DNA from: Oscillospiraceae bacterium
Lineage (GTDB): Bacteria; Bacillota; Clostridia; Oscillospirales; CAG-382
Assembly (NCBI GenBank): GCA_015064625.1
Contig: SVRW01000010.1
Coordinates: forward strand, 5,136 to 69,135
Direction: 5' to 3'
DNA: 64,000 nt
In this document: positions 45,870-55,319 of the stretch, one piece after another
Layout: each line of letters starts with the position of its first letter
Numbering within the stretch: the first letter of the stretch is position 1
The notes under the pieces: generated by a model
The model's input: the letters and a program-made list of their open reading frames with translations, nothing else
Databases searched by the model: none
What the model was told of the DNA's origin: nothing
Program-made: the position numbers and the translations under genes

Positions 45870-46508
45870 ATGGATAATAAAGAAAAAGCGGTGTATGTTC
45901 TTGAAAAATTAAGGGAACTTTATCCTGATGGAAAATGTGGGCTTAACTGGGAAGGGGATCCGTTCCATTTATTTGTTATGGCTGTTCTTTCTGCACAATG
46001 TAAAGACGAAAGAGTGAATCTTGTTTCTAAAAAACTATTTGAAATATTGCCTGACGTGAATGCATTTGCCAATAGCCCCGAAGGTGAACTTGAAGAGCTT
46101 ATACATTCTGTAGGGCTTTATAATTCGAAATCCAAAAACTTACGAGAAGCGTCAAAAATGATATGCTCGAATTTTGGTGGACAGATTCCTTGTGATATGG
46201 AAGATTTGCTTTCTCTTCCTGGGGTTGGAAGAAAAGTAGCAAATCTGTTACGCGGGGATATCTTTGGACTTGGAGGAATTGTTGCAGATACTCATTGTAT
46301 AAGAATATGCGAAAGATTGGGTTTTACAAATAAAAAAGACCCGCTTGTAACAGAGCGGGTAATGAGTTCTCTTGTTCCTGTGGAATATCAAAGTGAATTC
46401 TGTCATAAAATTGTTTTATTGGGCAGGGATGTATGTTCTGCTCGTGCACCTTTATGTAACCAATGCGTGTTGTTGCCAGTGTGTGAACATCACAAATGTG
46501 ATATTTAG
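45870..46508 (+). CDS. nth: Endonuclease III
   Basis: 212 aa. HhH-GPD (LPGVGRKVANLL) and the C-x6-C-x2-C-x5-C cluster loop (CSARAPLCNQCVLLPVC). Confidence 0.9.
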   Translation: MDNKEKAVYVLEKLRELYPDGKCGLNWEGDPFHLFVMAVLSAQCKDERVNLVSKKLFEILPDVNAFANSPEGELEELIHSVGLYNSKSKNLREASKMICSNFGGQIPCDMEDLLSLPGVGRKVANLLRGDIFGLGGIVADTHCIRICERLGFTNKKDPLVTERVMSSLVPVEYQSEFCHKIVLLGRDVCSARAPLCNQCVLLPVCEHHKCDI

Positions 46509-46546
46509 TTTTTTATATTGTAAAAAACATTTTGTAATTTAGTTTT

Positions 46547-46591
46547 AATAAATGCATCCTTAAAGTTTTGCGCTTTTTGGATGCATTTATT
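46547..46591. terminator. Bidirectional terminator-like hairpin
   Basis: AATAAATGCATCC / GGATGCATTTATT 13-bp stem with a 19-nt loop, between convergent genes. Confidence 0.55.
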
Positions 46592-46716
46592 ATATACACA
46601 AAAATTTATGAGTTCGATTGAATACCGAACTCATTATAAAATTATCCAATGTATTAATTGTACATTTTGATACATTTGGTTTGTTGATTACAATGATATT
46701 ATTTTATTAGATTAAG

Positions 46717-47712
46717 CTATAAGCACAAGGATGACAAGTCGCTTTTTATGAAAAAATCATAAATACTTTGTTCACCGTCAGGTGTTTTTGAGCTGTATGT
46801 TTCACGCCATGATAATTTATATAAGATAGTGTCGTTGTTGAGAATTTTATGAAATTTATTCTTGCTGATATTTGCATTCATAGCGGCTTGCAAATCGTCT
46901 CTGTGTATATTGTTTATTGGAATATTGTCCATAAGTTCACGAACATTTGTGTTTTCTGTGTAAAATATGTTTATTAAATGATCGACCAATAAATAGTCAA
47001 TAGCAACGTTATGATTTATCCAGTAAAATTCCCATGCTTCTTTGAAGAAATTAAATAGTGCGTTATCTTTCCACCCACCAATTACGAAAGAAGTCCATCT
47101 CATTTTAGAAACATATCCACATTCTATCGTTTTACTTTTGCATGTAAATAAAGGAAGCTCGAAATATGATTCTGGAATTGCAGATGCAGTGAAAACGGTT
47201 GAATCTAACCACACTCCCCCATATTTTGCTAAAAGTGAAAAACGAAGGTAATCTGAGAAATTAGCTAATCCAATTATTTTGTTTTTCACTTTATTTAGAA
47301 TATATTCAGGTATTTCTAAAAAATCAGAATAGGAGTCTTTATCAATAAAATACACGGGGTGGTTTCCCGCGTTCTTTCTTGTGGATTTAATGCATTGTCG
47401 GACTAGAGAAGGAGCATTTGCTTCACCATCCCACCAACAAATCCATATGGGAGCGTTTATTTGGAACTCTCCTATAGTATAATTTGCGGAGTGCTTTTCT
47501 ATGATAGAATTGAGATTCTTTTTTAAATAATCTGAAATCCAATTGTTAGAAATATTGGAAAGTTTTAAACTTAAACTCTTAATTTTTATAATTCTAAAAA
47601 ATTCTCCTAAGAAATTCAAAACAGAAAAATAAAAAGAAAAATTGCAATCTGCTTTAAAAGATTTTGAAAGATTTTTAATGATTCTTTTTATTTTTTTAAA
47701 AAAGATACTCAT
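46717..47712 (-). CDS. Capsular polysaccharide synthesis protein (Caps_synth-type glycosyltransferase)
   Basis: 331 aa. PIWICWWDG..APSLVRQC and FSDYLRFSLLAKYGGVWLDSTVF blocks. Confidence 0.75.
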   Translation of the reverse strand: MSIFFKKIKRIIKNLSKSFKADCNFSFYFSVLNFLGEFFRIIKIKSLSLKLSNISNNWISDYLKKNLNSIIEKHSANYTIGEFQINAPIWICWWDGEANAPSLVRQCIKSTRKNAGNHPVYFIDKDSYSDFLEIPEYILNKVKNKIIGLANFSDYLRFSLLAKYGGVWLDSTVFTASAIPESYFELPLFTCKSKTIECGYVSKMRWTSFVIGGWKDNALFNFFKEAWEFYWINHNVAIDYLLVDHLINIFYTENTNVRELMDNIPINNIHRDDLQAAMNANISKNKFHKILNNDTILYKLSWRETYSSKTPDGEQSIYDFFIKSDLSSLCL

Positions 47713-48676
47713 TATTTATTCTCCTTTTGAATTTAAGAAATGCACTCATAGGAAATATAAAAAATCTGCTTCCGATAACATATATACGCTGCTTAATTGT
47801 AAGAGGGATAAGTTCTTTTATATCAAATGAATGATTTGCTCTATATTTTTTTATTTTATTAAATATGGTTGTTTTTTGAGGCTTTGGTAAGTCCATTGCC
47901 ATCTGAAAAAAAAGCAAACACATCATACAAAAAGTTACTTTATCTTTTTGATATATGGCTGGAAAATTTTCTTTGAAGAAAAATAAACGTTCATTATATG
48001 CTTCTAAAGCATCAAAGTGTTTAATGGAAATTGAATTCATTATACTTCCGCTACGCTGATAATAATAATACAATTTAGAATCCACGTAGGACAAAATTTT
48101 AGCCTTGGATAAAATTTTATATGTAAAAAATTCGTCTTCGTGATAACGACCTTCTTTAAACCATTCGCCCCGCAATATATTTTTGTGAAAGAGCTTATTC
48201 CATGCAACTGCTCGAAATTTGCATCCTGAAATCAACGTTTCGAGCGCTTCTTCCGGCGTGTACGACGATATATTAGGCATTGAATTATCAATATCTGGAT
48301 TGGAACTATCGTAAACAATTTGAATATCACATGCGGAAATATCGGCGTTATTCTTTTTTATGGCAGAATATAAATTCCATACATAATCTTTATGGACCCA
48401 ATCATCGCTATCGATGAATGCTATGTATTTTCCACTTGATATTGCCAACCCTGCATTTCGTGCATCTGAAAGACCACCATTTGTCTTATGGATAACTTTA
48501 ATTCTATTGTCTTTTTTTTTCCATTCTTCGCAAATTTCGGGACAATTATCAGTAGAACCGTCATCAATCAAAATGATTTCTAAATATGTATAAGATTGAT
48601 TTATAATCGAATTAATGCATCTGTTTAAATATTTTTCAACATTATATATAGGAACTATAAGGGTTATTAAATCCAT
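47696..48676 (-). CDS. Family 2 glycosyltransferase
   Basis: 326 aa. LIVPIYNVEKYLNRCINSI, IDDGSTD and IDSDD motifs. Confidence 0.85.
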   Translation of the reverse strand: MDLITLIVPIYNVEKYLNRCINSIINQSYTYLEIILIDDGSTDNCPEICEEWKKKDNRIKVIHKTNGGLSDARNAGLAISSGKYIAFIDSDDWVHKDYVWNLYSAIKKNNADISACDIQIVYDSSNPDIDNSMPNISSYTPEEALETLISGCKFRAVAWNKLFHKNILRGEWFKEGRYHEDEFFTYKILSKAKILSYVDSKLYYYYQRSGSIMNSISIKHFDALEAYNERLFFFKENFPAIYQKDKVTFCMMCLLFFQMAMDLPKPQKTTIFNKIKKYRANHSFDIKELIPLTIKQRIYVIGSRFFIFPMSAFLKFKRRINNEYLF

Positions 48677-48813
48677 AAGTTAATTACTCCTTCCTTGTAT
48701 GATGCAATAAAATTATATTATATGTAATAAATTCATCTGTATGTGAATTGTAGAAAACGGATATTTTCAAGAAGTTTGGCTGAATTTTTCTTTCCCAATG
48801 TTGTAATAAATGA

Positions 48814-48837
48814 AATTCGGAATTCGGAATTCGGAAT
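48814..48837. repeat. Short tandem heptamer (AATTCGG x3 plus a partial unit)
   Basis: Read directly from the sequence, inside an otherwise ORF-free 386-nt gap in the polysaccharide locus. Confidence 0.7.
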
Positions 48838-48935
48838 AAAGCATGTTTAAGCTTTCTAGATTATTCAAAAATATATATATTCCTTAATTCACTTGTATCA
48901 ATATTAATCAGTTGTTTTAAGTAATGATTAAATCG

Positions 48936-49031
48936 CTATTCCGTCATTATTTTTTCTGAATCGCTTTCTACGCAACGGGATAAAAAATTTTCGACATTAT
49001 AAACAGGTACGATAACTGAAAGCTTGCACAT
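48936..49031 (-). pseudogene. Remnant of a GT2 glycosyltransferase gene (N-terminal 20-23 codons only)
   Basis: The minus-strand ORF reads MCKLSVIVPVYNVENFLSRCVESDSEKIMTE*. The first 23 aa match the canonical GT2 N-terminus (compare the two intact GT2 genes), then homology ends and a stop follows. Confidence 0.5.
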
Positions 49032-49062
49032 TATTTATAACTCTCCTTGATTAGAGAAAGGA

Positions 49063-50187
49063 TTAGGGTACTATAAACATATTATATGGGCTCATATATA
49101 TTTCAAGAATTCTGCTGAAATATGGGGTTCCCCAGCTTATTAAATAATACATGATAAGATAGCAAACAACACAGACGATTTTTACAGTTTTACCTGTTTC
49201 CTTATCAAAAGCGTTATCCAAAAGCCAAGGCAACGATACAAATCCGTATAACTCGAAATAAATAGGCATTCTTCCCATGTGAATACCAGAAGTAAATGCG
49301 GCAACCAAATAAATGCATGCGGAAACTAAAGACATATTTATACAGATGTTTATATATTTAGGAGCTGTGTCTTCGATTTTTTTTCTTGATACGAGGGCAA
49401 TAATTGCAGGTGCAGCCGCTATTGGAATTCTTAGCCAGTTGGAACCACTATATGTTTCCAAAACTGACGAATCATAGTTGGTATCGCTTAATATTATTTC
49501 CATGATCCCTGTAAATTCCGATACAAATGTAACCGCAAGAATTGAACCGAAAAGTATGAGCAACATTTTTTTGTTCCATGGTTTTCCGTGAACAAAAAAG
49601 TATACAGGGATAACTACCAAAGCCGAAGTATGGAAAAGTGAAGCGATAAAAACACCTATGGCAAATTTCCAGAATTTCTTTTCCATGAGATATTTGCTGA
49701 AGCAAAGAATTATACATACGGCAAGAAATTGCTTTACTCCATTAACCATCCATATATGTTTTTCAGAGGCTAAGAACAGAAACATCGAAAAAGAAAAGCT
49801 ACAGGAATATTTTCTGTAAAAATATAAAATAGCAAGGCAGTCAAAAATAACAAGAGTAAGATTGAAATGAAAAAATTCAGTGGATATAAACGTTTTGAAT
49901 AATACCTCAAGACCGAAAAAACCCGGATATTTTTCAACTGTTTTCATATATTCAAGAATCTGCGATGGCTCATATGGTACTGTTTTATATCCCATTTCAT
50001 ATGCTGTTAAATCAAACAGTGAATCAATATGCCCCAGAAAAAAAGCTATATATGCCATGGTGAGGAATGAGAAAAAGAAATTTGATCTTTTTTCTTCTCT
50101 GCCTTCAATTATACATGTGACTTCAGAATCTTTGCTGAGTAATCCGCAAAAAGCATTCCAAATCATCATACTTACGTATATAAACAT
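49063..50187 (-). CDS. EpsG-family polysaccharide polymerase-like membrane protein
   Basis: 374 aa with ~10 TM segments. Composition and context are typical of EpsG/O-antigen polymerase-like proteins. Confidence 0.6.
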   Translation of the reverse strand: MFIYVSMMIWNAFCGLLSKDSEVTCIIEGREEKRSNFFFSFLTMAYIAFFLGHIDSLFDLTAYEMGYKTVPYEPSQILEYMKTVEKYPGFFGLEVLFKTFISTEFFHFNLTLVIFDCLAILYFYRKYSCSFSFSMFLFLASEKHIWMVNGVKQFLAVCIILCFSKYLMEKKFWKFAIGVFIASLFHTSALVVIPVYFFVHGKPWNKKMLLILFGSILAVTFVSEFTGIMEIILSDTNYDSSVLETYSGSNWLRIPIAAAPAIIALVSRKKIEDTAPKYINICINMSLVSACIYLVAAFTSGIHMGRMPIYFELYGFVSLPWLLDNAFDKETGKTVKIVCVVCYLIMYYLISWGTPYFSRILEIYMSPYNMFIVP

Positions 50188-50207
50188 ACCTTTGTCCTTT
50201 GTTTGGT

Positions 50208-51284
50208 TTATTTGGAAAAATAAAAATTCAATAAAAAATCAGCAGTGTTGCCAATACTGTATTCTAAGAATGAAACATTGTTTTTTCTTTCTGATTTGAG
50301 AATCTTCTCTGCCCATGTTTTTGCGGAAGATTTGCAGGATAAGAATTTGCAGTTATTTGTAAAATTTACACCTTTTGGATGTCCCTCACTCAAAACGCAT
50401 GGTAACGTATTAACTTGCGCTTCTGCAACAGCAGAGCCAAAGCCTTCAAAAAGAGAAGGGGAAACGTAAACGTCCGATGCGTTAAGAAAATATTCAACGT
50501 TTGAAGTAGCTTCAGTAAGTAAAACAAATTCTTGCAATGAAGAATCTGAAATTTCCTTTTCAAATGATTCTTTCAGTTTTCCGCTTCCGACACAAATCAA
50601 ACGTACGTTTTTGTCAACTTTTAAAAGTTCTTTTAAAATATCAAGCAGAAATAACTGATTTTTTTCCTTTGAAAATCTTCCAACATTGATAATAACTAAC
50701 TTGTTTTCAAGCTTCAAATCCGCTCTTGCTTTTTCTCTCGTTCCCTTTGAAAAAGTGAATTTTTCAATATCTATTCCGTTTTTAATAACAGTAAAATTGC
50801 TTTTATTTCCGAAAAGCCATTTTCCTGCTTCATCACTGCACGCAAAATAGTCTGTTGCAACTTTCGGTAGTTTTCTTTTAAAGATGGATTTGCAAAGGCC
50901 TTCAAAAAAATCGTATTTTGGATAAGCTGTATGAGAATGAGCAATTCTTGTTGGAATCCTACAGTTTTTGGCACATTCGAGAACTATACCGCTTAATGTG
51001 TTAACGTGACTGTGTACAATGGAATATTGAGGATTGTCGGTGAAAAACTTCTTCAGATTTTTCTTGAATCCAAAATATCCCGTTTTTTTTATTGATGGAA
51101 TTTTATGTATCACACCACCGAGTGAACGAATCTCTTCTTCTAAAATTCCGTCTTCTTCCCTTATGACAAGAAAATCAAAGACTATTTTTTCTCTGTCAAT
51201 ATTTTTAAAAACGCCCAGAATCAAATTTTCGATTCCACCGTAATTTAAAACGGAGGTAACGTGAAGTATTCTTTTGGGAAGCAT
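50208..51284 (-). CDS. GT4 (family 1) glycosyltransferase
   Basis: 358 aa. N-terminal ILHVTSVLNYGGIEN and the C-terminal EX7E region PSLFEGFGSAVAEAQ. Confidence 0.85.
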   Translation of the reverse strand: MLPKRILHVTSVLNYGGIENLILGVFKNIDREKIVFDFLVIREEDGILEEEIRSLGGVIHKIPSIKKTGYFGFKKNLKKFFTDNPQYSIVHSHVNTLSGIVLECAKNCRIPTRIAHSHTAYPKYDFFEGLCKSIFKRKLPKVATDYFACSDEAGKWLFGNKSNFTVIKNGIDIEKFTFSKGTREKARADLKLENKLVIINVGRFSKEKNQLFLLDILKELLKVDKNVRLICVGSGKLKESFEKEISDSSLQEFVLLTEATSNVEYFLNASDVYVSPSLFEGFGSAVAEAQVNTLPCVLSEGHPKGVNFTNNCKFLSCKSSAKTWAEKILKSERKNNVSFLEYSIGNTADFLLNFYFSK

Positions 51285-51307
51285 GTGTATCCCTCCGTAT
51301 GGAAAAA

Positions 51308-52693
51308 CTATTTCAAGTTGTTGACTATAAATTTAAACTTTCCACTTTTTTCTTTAGGAATATTTGTGGTATGATGAAAAATAAAATTCATATCATGCCC
51401 CATTTTAAAGAAAAGCTCTTTTTGTAAAATTATATCCTGATCCTTGTCGTAGTTTTCGTCTACCTCAAGATAAATATGTACCGTTCCAATTTCATTTTGC
51501 ACAAATTGTGCAGCTCTGACACTTGTGCTTAAAAGCTCAACGCTTGATCCTAAATGAATTGACGTGAATTTACCGTGACTTTTTGAAAGAAGAAAATCCA
51601 TCGTTCTTCCCTCAAGTCTGGAAACGGTTTTCATGGCGCATCCGCAAGGACAAATAAAATTTTCAGGAGAGGGGGAGGCTTTGTCCCCGATTTTGTATCT
51701 AATGAGAGGGGTGCCGTATGTAAAGAAGCTTGTAATCAGCATTTCTCCGTCTTCGTCAATTTCTATTATGCCAGTGTCTTCTCCAATATGCAGACTTCCA
51801 CATTCGCATTCCCAAATAAAAGTAGCACCTTCTGAGGATGAATATTGATCGTATATCCTGCATTTGAAAGCTTTTTCAATTTCAGCTCTGTATGAGGGAT
51901 ATAAAGTTTCTGATGTTGTAAATATGGCTATAGGTACAAAATCCAATTTTATGTTGTTGGAGTTTATAAACCTTGCTATGTCGTATATGGATGAAGGATA
52001 ACCGTCAATGGAATGAGGCTTAAAGGAGTTCAGGTTTTCAACGTAATATTTTATATTTTCTCCTTTGCAACGATGTGTTGAGTATATACGTTGGTTCATA
52101 GCTTTGTTATCCCGCCAGAAGATTTTTTTCTTCTGATTAGGAGGCACAATATTAGAACGATTGAAAGATGCTCGCTTCATATCACGATGTATAAATCCAT
52201 GTCTTGCCTTGAATGCGTCAAGATAGGCAAGTCTCGTTTGAAAATCATCAATTTTGTTTCTGAAACGCAGGGAAGTACCCGTTGTTCCGCCTGTCTTGCT
52301 CAGATGACAACCTTTTTTAGGAATTGTATACATCTCTTCTAAATGTTTTCTTACCGTTTCTTTTTCTAAAATGGGAAGCATTTTTATATCGTTTGCGCTT
52401 TTTACTTTTGAGATGTCGACATCCTTGTAAAATTCTTTATAAAAGGGAGAAAAAGTAACAGCATGATTAAGAAGCTTTAAAAAACGTTCATTCTGAATCT
52501 TTTTGATGGATTCTCTGTCTGAATAATCAAAATTTTTAAAGAATTCAAGATTTTTTTGATATTCTGAGCCGAACCTGATTTTTGCACGTCTTTTTCCTTC
52601 AAGAGTTGTGAGTATGTTCTGTATGAAAATAGGGGAGCTTTCGTATATATCCATTCTGTTCAAAACAAAAACTCCTTTTCCTATAACAAGCAT
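51308..52693 (-). CDS. CapK-like adenylate-forming enzyme (phenylacetate-CoA ligase / F390 synthetase family)
   Basis: 461 aa. SKTGGTTGTSL AMP-binding motif. Start is uncertain (candidates at 52693, 52663 TTG, 52654). Confidence 0.7.
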   Translation of the reverse strand: MLVIGKGVFVLNRMDIYESSPIFIQNILTTLEGKRRAKIRFGSEYQKNLEFFKNFDYSDRESIKKIQNERFLKLLNHAVTFSPFYKEFYKDVDISKVKSANDIKMLPILEKETVRKHLEEMYTIPKKGCHLSKTGGTTGTSLRFRNKIDDFQTRLAYLDAFKARHGFIHRDMKRASFNRSNIVPPNQKKKIFWRDNKAMNQRIYSTHRCKGENIKYYVENLNSFKPHSIDGYPSSIYDIARFINSNNIKLDFVPIAIFTTSETLYPSYRAEIEKAFKCRIYDQYSSSEGATFIWECECGSLHIGEDTGIIEIDEDGEMLITSFFTYGTPLIRYKIGDKASPSPENFICPCGCAMKTVSRLEGRTMDFLLSKSHGKFTSIHLGSSVELLSTSVRAAQFVQNEIGTVHIYLEVDENYDKDQDIILQKELFFKMGHDMNFIFHHTTNIPKEKSGKFKFIVNNLK

Positions 52694-52765
52694 TTTCTTA
52701 CTTTTTTATTTTAACATTCAATAAATGTTTTGTCAAGTAAAATTAAAAATTTACTATTCAATTTA

Positions 52766-53086
52766 CTATCTATGTGATTGAAGAATCGTTTTCTCAAATG
52801 AATCCACATTATAATAGCTTAATAATTCTTTGTATGTTGATCTCGTAAGCTGTTTTACTTCTTCTTCACTTGTAAACCCACTATAAATTTCGTGGTCTGA
52901 CGAGTATGGGGAAAAATAATCTGCGCAGTGTGCCAGTGGTGATAAAATTTCTTCCTCTTTTTTGGACAAAGAATCATCCTTCTCCATATAATAAATCTTA
53001 GTCATCAATGATGAAAAGGTTTGAGTATCATATTTTCCATTACAATACTGTTCGATCAAATAAAGCAACTGAAGTTTTCTGTTCAT
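52766..53086 (-). CDS. Small hypothetical cytoplasmic protein (immunity-protein-like)
   Basis: 106 aa helical, acidic protein. The N-terminal pattern (LLYLIEQYCNGKYDTQTFSSLMTKIY) loosely recalls colicin-like self-immunity domains (from memory, low certainty). Confidence 0.5.
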   Translation of the reverse strand: MNRKLQLLYLIEQYCNGKYDTQTFSSLMTKIYYMEKDDSLSKKEEEILSPLAHCADYFSPYSSDHEIYSGFTSEEEVKQLTRSTYKELLSYYNVDSFEKTILQSHR

Positions 53087-53259
53087 TCCGTTTTAACCTC
53101 TATTTTCAGACATATCAATGGACGAATAAACTATTCGATTTTTTGGAATATTTCCGTCCCAGTTCAAGAAGTTATGTGTAACAGATGAATTTCACCTGTA
53201 AGAATACCGTTTGGCATATTTATATTTCATTTCTGATAATAAGCTATTTGGAAGTTTGG

Positions 53260-53601
53260 CTATTTCCCCTGTACACCAAACCAAAACTCATTCATTTTCT
53301 CAAGAAATTCTCTCGTTATGGGATAGCCACTGCTTTCTCCAATTACTGAATCAATTTCACAAAAAGGGCATAAAGCAGTCTGTTCTTCGCTATATTCCCA
53401 ATCTTTCACTACTACATCACCGTTTAAAAATTTCGACTTTTCAATCGGTCTTTTTTCTTTTAAGCAATTCTTTATTTCTTTTGGAGAAAAAACAGAAAGA
53501 CAATAAAAGCATCCGCAAACTTTGTCGTTTTTAAGCATTTCACTATTTCTGATACAAAACTCATGTGCAATTTTATAATCAGCTTCTGTGTAGTTTTTCA
53601 T
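53260..53601 (-). CDS. Small Cys4 zinc-ribbon-like cytoplasmic protein
   Basis: 113 aa. CGCFYC ... CPFCEIDSV, with the C-terminal REFLEKMNEFWF. No signal peptide or TM helix. Confidence 0.55.
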   Translation of the reverse strand: MKNYTEADYKIAHEFCIRNSEMLKNDKVCGCFYCLSVFSPKEIKNCLKEKRPIEKSKFLNGDVVVKDWEYSEEQTALCPFCEIDSVIGESSGYPITREFLEKMNEFWFGVQGK

Positions 53602-53699
53602 ATTTACTCAACCTCATTATTTATTTTCACATATTTGCTTTTGAATATATGCAAATACTTGGTTCGTCACCTTTGAAACAGTCCTATTGGTTGTATCAA

Positions 53700-54281
53700 T
53701 CAGCAAATTATTTTTATATCCTGAATATTAGATAAGCACAGTCGATTGTTTTTATCTGTGTCAACTTCGGTATGTGTAAATGCAATATACCATGTAAACG
53801 TTTCATCAAATACATATACGTCTTCTCTCAGAAAATACTCACATATATCTCCTATACGATGCGTTTCAATATGGTGATCATGAATTAACACTTCACAAAG
53901 CTCTTTTGGCGTTATGGAAATTACTTCATCTGATTTCAAAACAAGTTCACACGGTGGTGTATAAACAGACTTTTCCCACCAAGCTTCAGGATAAATTATT
54001 TTAGACGGGCGTATATCCCACATTACAAATACATTTTCACTTTTTTTCTGATGGAGACAACGCATAGCATCATAAAAGTCAACTTTATATGCATTATTTT
54101 TCTTCAAGCATGACCACAAAAAAGATACCATAAAACCTTCTGCATTTACAATATCATTTGCTCGTAAATCCTTTATACACTTAATATACAAATCTTTTGT
54201 TGTATCTACAAATGTATCAATAAATTTATTACGAAGTTTATAGGCTTTTTCTTCGGGTATTTTTGTATATTCAAAATTCAT
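53700..54281 (-). CDS. Hypothetical protein, DUF4275-like
   Basis: 193 aa with an AGGGA RBS. The C-terminal pattern DVYVFDETFTWYIAFTHTE resembles the DUF4275 signature (from memory). Confidence 0.5.
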   Translation of the reverse strand: MNFEYTKIPEEKAYKLRNKFIDTFVDTTKDLYIKCIKDLRANDIVNAEGFMVSFLWSCLKKNNAYKVDFYDAMRCLHQKKSENVFVMWDIRPSKIIYPEAWWEKSVYTPPCELVLKSDEVISITPKELCEVLIHDHHIETHRIGDICEYFLREDVYVFDETFTWYIAFTHTEVDTDKNNRLCLSNIQDIKIIC

Positions 54282-54361
54282 TTTTTCCCTACCAATCTGA
54301 AATAGTTTATATGTGGATAAGCATAATTAGAATTTACATGCCAAAAATGTTGCAAAGTATT

Positions 54362-55288
54362 TTATGATAACTCATCCATTCCGCCACCGCTATATGGTTC
54401 AATATGATATTTGCCACCGCAAAAGCTAAATTGTTCGAGCTTTCCACGGTGTGAACAGATGACCATATTAAAATAGCCTCTCTCAATCAGCTCAACGGTA
54501 AATACAACACCTTTATCATCACAAATAGCTATCATATTTCCACTAAGAAGTGTTCCATGATCTAACCTTGATACCGCAGTTTTTAACGCCTCGCAATCGC
54601 TTAACTTATACCAACAAAACGCTTTGCCTTCTTCGGCAAAAACCGTTTTTTCGGAGCGAAAAGAATGAATGTGATCGGTTATAAAAGATGCATCAGCACA
54701 GGGTATAAGTCGAGGACTGCCAGTATGATACAACTTTGCATTTGATACTGTCGCTGCTAACTCCTCCACAATTTTTGTATAGTCTTCTAAATTCTTATTC
54801 ATAGGCAACCATAAGTCAGGGATAACGTACCATATTGCATCCTTTGTGCCACCTCGTTGAAGATTTAGACCTGGACGAGATACGATGCGCCAGTACATCT
54901 TTCTTGCCGTAACGTGAGTTATGTTGTTGGGGACACTATCTTCGGCAATTAAAGTAACAGGACCATCGAGAACGGTGACAAAGCGGGAATTGAAGTGGAC
55001 AGAAAGTCCAAATAATTCTTCATTAGGAATAGTCCATTTTGAAACACCAAGAAATGTCAGTTCTACAATGGAAAGGTCAAACATTGACGTTACCATATAG
55101 CGAAGCACAAGACTTTCGCCCTCACCATAGCAAACAACGGTATCGTGATTGGCACGAACGTGGGTGTGATATTCGGACGATAACAAATATGCATCGTGCA
55201 TTCCGTTTGTTTCGTCAAGAAAACGGCTGAAATCCTCTTGCGTATCAATGGGGATATGCCCATTTGCACAGTTAAGATTAATTGTCAT
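54362..55288 (-). CDS. Hypothetical protein
   Basis: ATG at 55288 with AGGAG 7 nt upstream (the tracked ORF starts at 55318). 308 aa with no recognisable motifs. Confidence 0.6.
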   Translation of the reverse strand: MTINLNCANGHIPIDTQEDFSRFLDETNGMHDAYLLSSEYHTHVRANHDTVVCYGEGESLVLRYMVTSMFDLSIVELTFLGVSKWTIPNEELFGLSVHFNSRFVTVLDGPVTLIAEDSVPNNITHVTARKMYWRIVSRPGLNLQRGGTKDAIWYVIPDLWLPMNKNLEDYTKIVEELAATVSNAKLYHTGSPRLIPCADASFITDHIHSFRSEKTVFAEEGKAFCWYKLSDCEALKTAVSRLDHGTLLSGNMIAICDDKGVVFTVELIERGYFNMVICSHRGKLEQFSFCGGKYHIEPYSGGGMDELS

Positions 55289-55319
55289 TGTCTTTCTCCT
55301 TTTTTTATAATACCACAAC

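Noticed and set aside
53211-53534. 107-aa plus-strand ORF
   Set aside because: It is antisense to the 113-aa Cys4 protein gene, lacks an RBS and has a low-complexity Leu/Ser/Phe-rich sequence.
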